From Cyanophora paradoxa CCMP329 (lineage: Eukaryota > Plantae > Glaucophyta), in the NCBI GenBank assembly GCA_004431415.1, contig QPMI01000192.1, forward strand, positions 108,873 through 172,872: DNA of 64,000 bases. The letters are read 5' to 3'. The notes beneath the pieces were generated by a model, which saw only the letters and a program-made list of their open reading frames with translations, searched no databases and had not been told where the DNA came from. Every line of letters begins with the position of its first letter. Position 1 is the first letter of the stretch. Both the position numbers and the translations under genes were made by a program. This document shows positions 43,001 through 55,136 of the stretch, one piece after another.

Positions 43001-45218
43001 TGCCAATGCACAGCGGCACCCACACACACATGTACACACCACAACGCAAAGCCCTGATCGATTAATGCGCAGCCGCGCCTATTCCGGCTCCCACCAATGT
43101 GAAATTCGGTTCCATTGTTCCTGACCGGGAGAACCCTGGCAAGGTGAGCCTAGGTTTTTCTTCTTGCAACTTTGCGCTCCGCGATAGCGAAAATTTCAAT
43201 GCCTCCAATCGTTTAATTTCTGAAATGCCCTCAGTTTGCTCTGACGATCTCATGGACCCACCAACTCTTGGGCACCTTCAGCCAGGTCCCGAGCTGCTTA
43301 GAATCTGCCTAAGAATGCTTTATATGGCTAGTCGGTTTAACGAGCTCATCGGACAGGTTTTGGTGACGCCGCCGCGCGAGCCGACCGTCGTGCCGAGCCC
43401 GTGCAAGGAGGGGTACTACCGCGTCGTCAACGCGAAGTGGAGCGCGCCGTGCGAGCTGGGCGATCGCGGCGGCGGCGCCTCCCAGCAGCCCGACACGAGG
43501 CTCATCGTCGACCCGCCCGCTCTGTCAGCTCCGTTCTACGACTACATCCCTTCGCCGCCGCCGCCGCCGAAGAAGCCCGCGGCGCCCGGCACCGCAGTCG
43601 ACATTGCCACCATGTTTCTCACCACGGTCACCTTGAAGATCCCGGGCCTTCTCCCCGGTGCGATCTTCCTTCGCGCGCATCCGCGGCCGGCCACGTGCAC
43701 TTTGGTCTCACTCCACTGACTGCGAACCCCCACGATTTCTATGTTTGGTTGTGGATTCCTGCAGGCATCGTGTATAAGTGCGTCAACGCTCAGCGACCGG
43801 GCTTTATATAATTAGTTTGTTCTATGTCATGAACACTCGCGGCACCGTGGAACTGAGACTCTACGTTTTTCTTGTTCAGGCTCTACGTCCAGGGCCTCAA
43901 GGGTGCCGGCAAGGACGCTCCGGATCTCTTCTTCCCCGGCAAGTTCGCCGCACCGCTCAAGGTTCAGATGCCTGGTGCGCATCTGCGGGCCGCGCCCACA
44001 ACGTTAACTCGCACCCGTCTTGCACCCGGGCATGGGGAGCGACTCACGCACTTCATCATGCGCAGGCATTCCCCGCAGGGGCTTCGTGCAAGGCAACACG
44101 ACTCTTCCCTACCAGCTGAGTGCCGAGAGGCTCGACTGCGGTGCGCACGCTTCCAGTTCTCGTCATTTTATCATACACGTACCCTCATGATCACGCTCTC
44201 GCGCAGGCGCGTACAACATCTCGTGGATCCCCGCCTCGGCTGGGTTCGGAGCTGCCATGGCCGCGCTCACGAAGGAGGTCGTCCTCACGGTCCGTGAACG
44301 TTAACGTTCTTGGCCGTCGCATCTGTCAGAATCGAAACCGCTGATGCGTGCGCGCAGCTTCGGGACGACCTGCCGAACTCGAAGCCGCTGTACAAGCGCT
44401 TCAAGATCGACCAGTCGGTCGAGTACTACTCCGTCCTCGTCAACTTCTCGACCACGGCCGTCAAGCGCGTCATCAAGCGGCAGTTCGTCCTCGGCGCCAT
44501 CACCACCGCCGGCTACAACAAGGAGGGTCCGCCCTCGCATTTTATTTGTTCTCAACGCTGCGAGTCGACGAACGCACTCGCTTGCTTTTTAATTTGCAGA
44601 GGAGGGGAGCAACACGCTGCGGATCATCGACCGCCCCTGCTCGGCGGGCCTGAACTGCCCCGTGGACCAGCTCGACGACATCTTCGTCGAGTGTCCGGAG
44701 CGGCCCACGACCGTCGCCGCCGCCGTCGGCGTGCTGCCGCAGCTCTGCTCGGCGGGCGTCTTCGTCGGGAACCGCAGCGCGAGCAACATCGCCGCCATCT
44801 GCGCGAACACTACGGACCCGCTGCCGGAGCCCATTCTCCGCCGGCGCACTCTCTCCGCCGCCGTCGCCGCGAGGATTGAAGACGAGGTCCGAAGGGGCCG
44901 TATGCGTGCGTCACGTATTTAAATTCGCTGGCATTTCTTTCGGAGACGATTCTGATTCCGCTTGGCATGCAGTGCTGGCCGACGAAAGCGAGTTCGACTC
45001 GGAGCCGCCTGCGACTCTGCCGGCGGACGATGACTTCGAGATCACGTCGCCGCTTCCCATCGAAGAGACCTTGGCCCTGGCCGCCGACAAGACGCCCCTG
45101 CCCGAGGACGAGACTGCGGTTTCCGAGAACGACGCCAAAGCCTTCTCGGCCGGAAGCGACCTCGTCCCTGTCGACCCGGAGGACCCCGTTGCTGCGGAGA
45201 CCATCCGGAGGATGCGAG
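37087..45218 (+). CDS. Large multi-exon host gene for a secreted protein (FN3-like segment, Pro-rich and amphipathic regions), interrupted downstream by element 2
   Basis: ATG 37087 MPAGGRALLLTLFVL then GTGAG; many GT..CAG introns; exons with strong GC3 bias (e.g. 42533-42996 YKLENLNPESPYKIRVLA); last visible donor GTGCG at 45219. Confidence 0.55.
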
Positions 45219-45242
45219 GTGCGAATGTTGTACACAGCGCAC

Positions 45243-45317
45243 CACACATATGAATATTCATATTTTAATCCCTCGGCGTTCCGCCTCAGGATTAAAATAT
45301 GAATATTCATATGTGTG
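45243..45317. repeat. Terminal palindrome: 29-bp perfect stem, 17-nt loop
   Basis: CACACATATGAATATTCATATTTTAATCC (45243-45271) and its reverse complement (45289-45317). Confidence 0.92.
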
Positions 45318-45842
45318 ATTCGATGTTATATCAATAAAATCGATTAATTTATTTGAATTTTCACCTGAATTTTCATATTTTTATATGCATTTTCAATTAA
45401 TTTAATCGATGTTATATCGATAAACTCGATTAATCGATATTGTATCTTAATTGTAGTTAATCGGAATTATATCAATAACTTCGATTGATCTTAATTGAAT
45501 TCTAAATGAATCTAATCGGAATTATATCAATAAATTCGATTAAATCATGTTCTTTTCCGATTAAATCAATTAAATATTTAACTTTGTTACCATAATTGGT
45601 CTAAGTTGACTCACTTTTCATAAACATTTTGAACTCTTAGTCTCCTTGAATTTCTTAAGATGACTCAACTTAGTCAACTTAGTCAACTTTGTTACCATAA
45701 TCAATCAGGGTGGACTCACTTTTAGATCAACTTTGAAATTTCAAGCAAAATCAACTTTGATTTCAAAAGTGGATCTTCTAAGTGGACTCAAAATGTTCAC
45801 TTTGTGATACATGTTAGCTCAAATCCTTACTGTTTATGGTCA

Positions 45843-46029
45843 GGGTTGACTAAGTGGGGGAGTTGACACATTTTTTGAAATCCTTTTTAGAAAACTTTAG
45901 GTCCCAAATATTTCCTGTGAAATTTGAGTCAACTCAACCCACTTAGTCAACCCTTGCATTGAATTCGTAACAAAATCCATATACTATTACTACTTTTACG
46001 ATTAATATGAGTCAACCTTGAGTCCACTT
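45843..46029. repeat. Origin-like inverted-repeat/iteron cassette, copy 1
   Basis: GGGTTGACTAAGTGGG ... CCCACTTAGTCAACCC, then GAGTCAACCTTGAGTCCACTT. Confidence 0.75.
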
Positions 46030-46964
46030 AAATATAAATATAATATAATAGGGGGAATCAAGGGGAGATGCTTACTAAATGCAGTGTTAGATTGATGGGA
46101 TCATATATGTAATTACGTTTATCAAAGCAATATAATATAGTTGATTATTCGATATCATAAGTTGATCGAAACGATAAGTATATGGTTATAAATCGCGATT
46201 TTTGAGTTATAATCGAATTTAATCGAATTAGTTTTGAATTGTGAAAATCGGTTTAATCGTAATAGCGATCTATACACATCGAGATTCGTATATGTGATTG
46301 CAAGTTATTGTTATGTATGATATATATTATTATATTCGACCGTCAGTGCATCGATTTGATAACTTCCTAGTGATCTATATTAAAAACTCACGTTTAATTG
46401 ATTTTATTCGAATTGATATTCAAAATTCAAAATCGGTTTCATTGCGATTTGGAGTCACAGGTATCGAAAATCCTAGATGTGATAGTAGCGCTGTGACCGC
46501 CTTAAAATGCTCGATTTTATGACGTTTTAAGCGCATCGATTTGAGCATGTGGTGTTGAGATATCGTAGCAAACGTGAATATTGAGTTTCTAGACGGGTAC
46601 AGCATTAATCTAGAAAAAACCGCGTTTTTTTTTTACTTTTCAAGTTTCACGGCGAACGAAGTAAAGGTTCCCGGTCGGATTTGAACCTCGTAGTTCTGAG
46701 TCAGAAATCTAGCGCTTTATTCTCTGAGCCAAAAACGGCTTGCCATCGAGTCGACTCCTGGGCTAGTGTTTCACCAAGTCTACTATGGCAAGTGACTTTT
46801 GCATCTTCAAACTGTTATATCTCATCACCAGATCATCAAAACGCAACGTTCTGCATAGCGCTGTGAAGCGCTTGAAAAGATCTACAAGACTATGTGTATA
46901 TCATATGCATATATGTATATCAGTCATACATATATTTGGAAAAAACGAGTTTTCGGCTATGAAA

Positions 46965-48350
46965 CTAGCTATTTTTGGTCCTTTCTCTTAGTGTTCTTTG
47001 AGGTTTAGGAGCTGTATATGACTCCTTAGTAGTCTGAAAGTCATTATACCATCTCTGGCTATTTACCTCAGAAAGTTTCTGTGTCCCTGCTATAGTGAGC
47101 TTTTTGAGTTCCCTATTAACTTTTCCAGCCTTCTCCTTTCTAGCCTCTATCAAAGGCTTATCTGGGACTTCATTAGCAGCTTCTATGCCCTCTCTCCTTA
47201 TAGCAGCATCAACCCTAGCTTCTTCTTTAGCTTGCTCTAAGGCATCCACTGTAGGGGTTTCCAGATACTCAACTGCATTCACAGGCAACAGCTCATGGAA
47301 AGCAAACCTGTTTTCTATGATCTCACCAGTGGGACTCCTTAGCTTAAACTTAAAGCCTTCCCTACTATCAACAGTGTAAACCATCCTAGACCAATTGTTA
47401 CCCTGTTTAGCAAAGGGATTTTTCTCAACTTTCACTCTAACAAACATGCCAGGCTGCATGGTATCAAGGTAAGCTATTGATTTCTTGAATCTTTCATCTT
47501 CTAATCCCACTATATACCTATAATGCTCCTCTGTAGTTTCGCCTGGCTTCATCTTAGTAGCTGAGTGAACTGTATTATTGTAATTATACTCAATATCACC
47601 TAACACATCAAAGAATCTAGCTGTGTTATTAGCTATGCAGTAGTTTGTGATCAGTCTCTTAATCTGCTTGTTAAAGGCTTCAATTCGACCTTGGCTTCTA
47701 TGGTCAGCAGTTCCACTCACTTGGTGTTCTATGTATTTACTAGATAAATACTCCTGGAATATTCGATTTTGGAATTCACTTCCAGCATCTGATTGAACCT
47801 TTACTATGGGTCTTGCTACTCTCATCTCAAGCTGTTTAAATGCAGCTAATGTAGTGAGAGCTGATTTATCCCTTATAGGTATAATATACCCAGTTCTCAG
47901 TGTGGATTCCATTGCAGTCATAAATGTATCATAGCCATTGTTTTGTTTCTTATAAGCTGGGAAAAAGAGCAAATCAATCACATATGTATCAAGGGGTTGC
48001 CTAATTGGGACCATGGGATCTCTCTTTCTAGATATAGCAGGTGCATTGATCTGAACTACTTCTTGTTTTTTATAGAACTCTTGCAATTGCTTATAGGATT
48101 CATCAGGTAACTCAGCCCTCATAGCTTGAAGCCCTTTGTAACCAGTTCTCACATCATAGAATCTCTTGGCAATCTTGCTGGTTTCTTTCACTGCAATAGC
48201 AACTGGGATCTCTACTGGGACAAGCTCTTTCATCTCAGACTTTTTAACAATTCGAGATTCCCCTTTTTCCTCCTTTGGAACTGTGATAGGCAGTAGGTTA
48301 CCTTGTAGTTGCTCAGTGGTTCTTCTAACTATTCTTCCAGTTGCTGGCAT
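46965..48350 (-). CDS. rve integrase, intact D-D35-E
   Basis: YVIDLL, VQSDAGSEF, RIEAFNKQIK, YNNTVHSATKMKP; C-terminus nearly identical to element 1 (KLTIAGT.KLSEVNSQRWY). Confidence 0.93.
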   Translation of the reverse strand: MPATGRIVRRTTEQLQGNLLPITVPKEEKGESRIVKKSEMKELVPVEIPVAIAVKETSKIAKRFYDVRTGYKGLQAMRAELPDESYKQLQEFYKKQEVVQINAPAISRKRDPMVPIRQPLDTYVIDLLFFPAYKKQNNGYDTFMTAMESTLRTGYIIPIRDKSALTTLAAFKQLEMRVARPIVKVQSDAGSEFQNRIFQEYLSSKYIEHQVSGTADHRSQGRIEAFNKQIKRLITNYCIANNTARFFDVLGDIEYNYNNTVHSATKMKPGETTEEHYRYIVGLEDERFKKSIAYLDTMQPGMFVRVKVEKNPFAKQGNNWSRMVYTVDSREGFKFKLRSPTGEIIENRFAFHELLPVNAVEYLETPTVDALEQAKEEARVDAAIRREGIEAANEVPDKPLIEARKEKAGKVNRELKKLTIAGTQKLSEVNSQRWYNDFQTTKESYTAPKPQRTLRERTKNS

Positions 48351-48353
48351 CTC

Positions 48354-51300
48354 TTAATTAAAAGGAACAGAATTAATACCATCTGGTAAGATGTATCTCT
48401 TTGCATCAAAGCAGTTTAGGGCAACCCTTCTACTCACAGTATCTATTATTGTGTGATCTGCCCTTCTCTTCTGCTTTGCAGTCACAGTCTTGCTGATACC
48501 TGCAAATAAACACTCCTTAAAATCATTGAATTGGAGTTCCTCAGTAGAAGTCCCAGAGAGCTTACTTCTCTCAATCTCAGCAGTTCTGAAACTGTAAACT
48601 TTGGCTCTCAGACCTACATACTCCAGGATTGCAGAACCTGGCATCTCATTTTTGTATTTACCTGGGGTCATTCTTGAATCACCTCCAAGGTCCAATGCAT
48701 AAGAGATATTCCCCAGGTCCTTTTGGAGGGTCTGAGATTCAATATATAGACAAAAGGAATCAGTATCATGGAACAGTAATTTGGCTTTGGACCATTGGGA
48801 CCTCACAGTATCATAGAAGAACTGGTAATTATGCAGTTTGGCTGCATCCAAAACATAAGCCCCAATAGCAACAGGCTTATCTAGCTTCACATGCTTTGTG
48901 TAAAACTCAAAGGCAACAGCTCTTTCGTTTATGGGGCTTGTAGATTTCACCAAAGGAGAGGCTGCATATTTCATAAATAGCTTCTCAGTATTTGCAATCT
49001 TTACCACAGATCTACCTCTGCAAGATTCAATGCATTTCCCATAGATTGAATTATTCATGAGCTTGTAGAAATCAGCCTCGAATTTATTCACTGCTTTCCT
49101 TCTCATGTCAGTATTCAGCTCAATATAGGGTTTCATTACAGGAGCCACAGTAAATGATAGGACCCTGTGAACTTTCTTTAATTTCACCCCTTTGTCCAAC
49201 AGATATTGCAGAAGAGGCTCAGAAATCACATAGTTTGTCACAGAACCAAAGGTTGCAGTTAGCTTAGGGGTCTTATCAAGCTCTTCTCCTGAAAGATCTA
49301 ATAGGCTCTTTTGATATTGTGATAATTCGGCATAATCTATTATTTTCTTGTTAATAATTAGGGGAAATCACTGTGATCTAGAAACAGCCTAATTGGGTAA
49401 TCCAGATCAACTTCTAGGAAACTGGATCTGTTATCTTGTGGGTTGAATTCGGTCTCCCATCTAAAATCACCAACTGGAATTGGCTGACTCAAACAGTAGC
49501 CATACAAGTTGTTAGCATCAAACAGCATAATGTGGGAGTTTTCACCATCAGCCTCAGCATACCTACAAGGCATTGTTGCAAAGCCACCCCTGATTCCCCT
49601 CTCAACAAATTCGTATTGCTCTACATCACTTATAAGCTCTATTTTTGCCTTGGTGGTCCTTAACATAGCATCCCAAGATAACCCAGGGGCAGATACATAA
49701 TGAACTGGGTCAAGTCCATATACTGAGTGTGAAAGCCTTCTAAAAGCCTGGAATTTGTCCATTAACTCATCTACATCAGCAGCCCCAAAGTCCATGAAAT
49801 TACTTGCATCAATGAACTTGTAAAGTCCCCATTGCAAGGAAAGGTATTGGTCAAAGTTTTTTGAAAGGATTTCGATTCGCTTTTTATCTCCCAAGCCTGC
49901 TATTTTTCTGAAAATGAATGTCCCACAGTCATCCATTTTGTCAACAACCACTGCTACTTTTGTTTGCTTTGAGATTCTCCTATGTAGATTGCAGTTTCTG
50001 CATGCAGGAGCAATATAATGACCTGTGTGGTGATCATGATCCCTGCATTTGAAGTTTTCTTTAGTGAACCTCTCACTGCAAAGGTAACAGTGTTTGGTAG
50101 CTCTGTAAATTGCTTTCTGCTCATCTGTGAGTTCATTCATGGGAATATTGGTGAACAGGAAATCGATTAGTTCTCTTGCTTTGGACTCCAAGCATTCAAA
50201 CAGACCTCCCATTGGATCCTGACCCTCAAATCGAAAATCTTGAACATCTGCCCCAGTGACTACTCTCAGGTTGACTGCTGAGACTTCCCTTTTGGATTTC
50301 GATGCATCAATGGGGATGCTTCTATGTTCAATCTTGCAGTAAACCACAACAGGAAGCCACACAGTTTTCCTGAGGTTTTTCAGTCCAAACTCTATGGTGG
50401 TCTCAGGTTTAGGGGTGATTCCCTTTGAGAGTCTCCAATCAATGCATCTGTTTGAGTCCACATGAGCAGTGAGTTTAGCCTCAGACCTGAATCGAGATAA
50501 GCATGTATCACAGTAGTGTAACTTTTGATCATTGTATGTTTCATGGTTTACTTTCAATAATCTTGAAAGGGACATGATTGTAATATAATGACCATTCCCT
50601 TCATCATCAAATATCAGCATGAGATTAACCTTATGCTTTCTGCCTGGGTTACTGGATTGATGCAGGGATAAATAACCTCTCCATCGATTCCAAATATATT
50701 AATGCTAATGCCTGCATTTTGAGCCTCGAATTTATCAATAATCTCAGCATCACAGGCAACAGGGAATGGATGTTATCGAAATTCAGAGCCAGCGGATTAT
50801 AAGCGATTGCTGAGTATTTCCATTTGCGATATTGTGAAAGCTCATTCCTCTTATGGGAGTTTATCGCTTTTCTGTGAATATATGCCAAAATTGCATTTTC
50901 GAAGCAGGAATCATCAATATTTCGAATATTCACTGTGGCTCTCTTCCTAGCAATCCACTCTGGGGTTTGTAGAAAGCATCCACCAGTTGGAGCATAACTC
51001 ATAATAGCCACTCTGAGTATTTCGATTCTTTCCAAACGATAGCTATCAACCACATTCATCTGCTCCTGACACATTTGGGCTGCTTTATTCAGCTCAGTTC
51101 GAATATTTCTCGACCTGGTTAATACAAAATAATCACTGTAAATGTATTTCGATATCCAAACCTGCGGATTGCTGACTTTTACGAACTTGCAGATAAAAGA
51201 CAAGCGAACCTTGATTGCCCTGAATTGATCTAAACCCTGCTTTAATCGATTAGGAAGGGATGTAGCAATTCTGTCCAGGAATTCAATCACATCTACAACA

Positions 51301-51596
51301 ACTTCCCTTCTGGCTCTGTAAGTGAGCCAGCGATATAATTCATTCATGGCTGTTCCATCTTCTGCCTCAGGTTCTATTTGCCTTAGGCGATCCAGTTCAT
51401 CCAAGGTTTCAATTTTATCATATAGGTTATTTGCTTTTCTGGTCAATCTGGCTAAAGTGGGTCTACCCTTTGCAATTAAATCTATTTCCCGGTCATATTC
51501 AGCCTCTGTTATTTCATGGGCTGCATAAAGTGTTCCCAGCAATCCCATGAGTTCCCATTTCTTCTCCCTTATGAGTTTGTTGGTAATTCGGGGCAT
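48354..51596 (-). CDS. Polinton-type protein-primed DNA polymerase B, split by at least 3 frameshifts
   Basis: VNIRNIDDSCF N-terminal block, Zn finger, RDHDHHTG..ACRNCNL, DANNLYG, KLMNNSIYGK, HDTDS, GLRAKVYS. Confidence 0.9.
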
Positions 51597-51655
51597 TATT
51601 CCTAACTTGTTCCTATTCTAAGGGGATATTTTATTTTAGAGCATTTTAAACGCAA

Positions 51656-51836
51656 GTGGACTAAGTGGGTGGAGTTGAGGCACTTTTTATTTCTTTTTAG
51701 GGCAGAGTCCTCTTTCAGAATCTGTGAAAAAATGAGTCAACTCCCCCCACTTAGTCAACCTAATCGATAAATAAACCATAAATAAAAGACTGTTTGGGTC
51801 TTTTATGATAAATTTGAGTCAACCATGAGTCCACTT
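51656..51836. repeat. Origin-like inverted-repeat/iteron cassette, copy 2
   Basis: Same motifs and near-identical spacing as 45843-46029. Confidence 0.75.
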
Positions 51837-51846
51837 TTGAGTAAAC

Positions 51847-54440
51847 CTAAACTTCAACATCAGAGTCATAATCTGATGCATCAGGATCAGCAGCAGGTAG
51901 GTCCTGTTTCATCCTTGGATTAGCTTCTTCCTCAATAGTCTCATCATCTACAAGCTTCATCTTTCTGAATTCCTCAAATACTTGTGGGAATAGGAAATGA
52001 TAGTATTGTTTGCCATTTGTAGTTTTCACTTGGATATATGTAACACTTCTCATTTCAGTATAATATCGGCGACTATTATAATCGTTTTTATATTTATTGC
52101 TGGTAATAAACTCCTGGAACCACTTCCAGGTTTCCACAAGGCTACCAGACTTGCATTTATTCTCGGAAATTAAGCCTCGATCCACAAGCCACTTAGTGAA
52201 CATAAGAATGATTGGAGCGCACACCTGTTGGGCTAAATAGTATTTATTTGTAAGGGGTCTATCAGCAATCCAGTTCACATCCTCACAGTCAACTTTGGTT
52301 CTCAAATAGTGGGCAATGTTTCGAATATTGCAGTGATCATTTAGCCATTTTACAAGTGGAAGGAAGTATGACCTATCCTTTGCGAATTTCTTACTAACTT
52401 CAACAACCACAAATCGCCTATCTCCAGCTTCAATTTTCACTGGAATGTTGTTATTGCTGGTGAATATAATCCTGGCAAAGTTGCTTTTTGTGTATGAATC
52501 TATCCCTTTGTGTTCAATTACAATCTTATCAGAAGTTATGAGATCTTTGAGCATATCATTATTTTCGAATGTGTCCTTGCCTGAGGCTTCATTCACAACA
52601 ATCAAGATCTTATCCTCTCTATTGTGGGCAAATCGACCAAACAGATCCTCTTTTGGCTTTCCAGTTGCATAACTTAGGGCATCTCCAAGTATCTTCTTTG
52701 GAAAGTATCAACCAACACATTTTTACCAGTTCCCTGCTCACCAATGAAGATTAAGGATACTCCATTGAGTTCCCCAGGCTTTTGCAGCATGTGGGCAAAC
52801 CATTTCAACAGATATTCATAGGTATTTTGATCCTCACCAGACATTAAGAACAAGTGATCTAGGAAAGGCTTAATCATCTCAGCAGTTACATCCTCTGGAG
52901 CATTTTCGAATTGCTGATGGTCGACCTTCATTCCTGGATAGAGATTAAATACAGACTTGCATTTTGCACTGAGAGTAGCAGGAGGGGGAAGGAAATCCAT
53001 GTAAGTTGATCTTGTGGCTGTTGGATCCACAATCCATTTCCTAAATGATTGCTCCCATTTCTCTTTCTCATTATCTGTTCCCTCATTGACAATCACCTTA
53101 TGCATCAAATGGGGGAAATGCTTTGTAGAGAGCTTCCCAATATCTTTGGGCATCCAGCAAAGTAGTTGTTCATCCCAGAGCATCACACAACCAACATTTT
53201 CAACATGATGCATTCGAGCATTGAAATACCTCTTATGCACATTGTAATGTTCAGCCAAAGGAGGGATACTTGCAGTCTTGTAATCGATTTCATCTGTGTC
53301 CTCTGGTAGGAATGCATACTTTTTGGGGAAGAGTTCCTTGAAAAGCTCATTGTTATCTTTGCTCAACCAATAAACCAAGGATTTGAAGGTCAACACTTTG
53401 CCAGGCTCAGCCTTCTTCTTGCTTCTGCGAAGCTGTGTAAACTTCTCCTGGCATTCATCATAATCATACTTGTCACTCTGTTCTGAGAATTGGTGGAAGA
53501 GTTCAGCTTGCATTTTAGGGGTGAACTTGTTGTCTTCCCCAACATTGATGATGACCAGTCCAACATCAATCCAAGTCTTATACTCATTAGCTCTCTCACC
53601 ATTCAGACCCATTATAACACTTTGTAGCAGTTCGAAAGTAACAGGATTTTCGGGTTCAGTGTCTTTTTCAGCTTCTACCTTCTCAGTCTTCACTTTATCA
53701 CTTTTTGGCTCCTTTTTAACTGGTTTTGGCTCAGGGCTATAATTTGCGAATGCAGAAATATTCGATTCATCCACAAGTTTAGTAGAAGCTGAGAAGAAAG
53801 ATACAAAGAAGTCCTCATTTCGCATTAACACTTTGTCACAGTCAACGAATTTCTTAAAGCAAACGTTTTTATCAACATCTTTCTTTGATTTATTTTGAGC
53901 ATCCAGAGTCTCACCTTTGCAGCAATTGAGGCAGATAAGGTTCTGTGTGGAGCTGTAAACTCCACTGTCATAATCCTCATTTTTCACCAATCCCATAGCT
54001 TTGAAAAGCTTGGGGATATCTTCATGTTTGCATGCAAGCGATTTAATGATAAAGTGGGCTGAGATCTTGAACTTGGTGACATCCTCCTTGATCAAATAAA
54101 CCCTTCTATGGCGAACTGCAACAGCAATATCGTTAATCGAAGTGGTCCCAGATCGCTTCCATAGCTTATCTCTCATCTCTCTTACAACAGTTTCCGCCTC
54201 AGCATAGTTTTCAGCAATGTTCTCCTTCAAATCAGCGAATTTATCCAGGTCCAGGTAAACTCTGGTGACTTGTTCAGGCTGAATGCATTCAGCCCAGGTC
54301 TTAACCTTGCTATTATCAATGGCTTCAAGGGCATCTTCGGCAGAATCAAATACATGGGTGACCTTGTTGCGATCACCAATGAGAGTACTAAGGAATGTAG
54401 CATTTTCAACAGGTGTGGCGAATTTCTCGATTTTGTTCAT
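51847..54440 (-). CDS. AEP primase + PriCT-2 + SF3 (D5-like) helicase, one frameshift near 52700
   Basis: RVYLDLD, ISAHFII, DSGVYS, YKTWIDVG, GEQGTGKN, then LFGRF..VVNEA, FTSNN, DRRF in the next frame. Confidence 0.88.
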
Positions 54441-54657
54441 ATTCGATTTTGGGGACTTCTACCTTTAACGAAGAAAATAATTTCGGAAGGAGGAATTGTC
54501 TTTTATATATATCCTATTATTTGCCAAGTCCTTAAGTAGTTTTGGGTCGGGATACTGTCTCGATAAATAGATACAGTTTTAAAAAAGAGGGAAGAAAGCT
54601 GTCATTTTTTTGCCTCCGATCAAATCGATTTCTACAAAATTTGTTTCGATCGAGAAT

Positions 54658-54984
54658 TTATTCTTCGATATATTTCCGAGGTCTTCCAACCGGTTTATGC
54701 TCTTTGGGTGTCTTGGGTTGTTCATCTTTCTTCTTGTGGTAATATTCCAGCGCTTTTGCCTTTTTCTGTTCGCGATATTCTTCATTTTCCCTGTATTTCC
54801 TCTGGTGTCTGAGGGCAATCTTTTTCAGTTCTTCTGGTGTGTGAACTGTAGCGGCTCCTTGGGATAATCGTTCCTCCTTCTTTTTATGATAGGCTTCGCG
54901 TTTTCTTTGGGCATCTTGCTCCCTTTTCAGTCTCAGCTTCTCTGCTTTTTCATCATCTGTGAGTATCTTGCGGATATTCGGCAT
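54658..54984 (-). CDS. Basic AT-hook-like protein, orthologue of 15280-15693
   Basis: EKAEKLRLKRE.DA..TPEEL.KIA.R.Q..Y..EEYRE..VGRPRK. Confidence 0.75.
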   Translation of the reverse strand: MPNIRKILTDDEKAEKLRLKREQDAQRKREAYHKKKEERLSQGAATVHTPEELKKIALRHQRKYRENEEYREQKKAKALEYYHKKKDEQPKTPKEHKPVGRPRKYIEE

Positions 54985-55136
54985 TTCTCTTTAATAGTAG
55001 ATACGAAAATAATTTTTCCTCAATACAACCTATCTACTTTTTCCTTAAGTCATTTTTTGTTGCGAACACCAGTTCCTGTCTGTAAACTTTTATAGCTGCC
55101 TCAGTAGCATACTGAGACCGCTTTTTCTCAATTATC

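Noticed and set aside
46665-46738. Functional tRNA-Gln gene
   Set aside because: Acceptor, anticodon and T stems do not pair; kept only as a Pol III-like motif.
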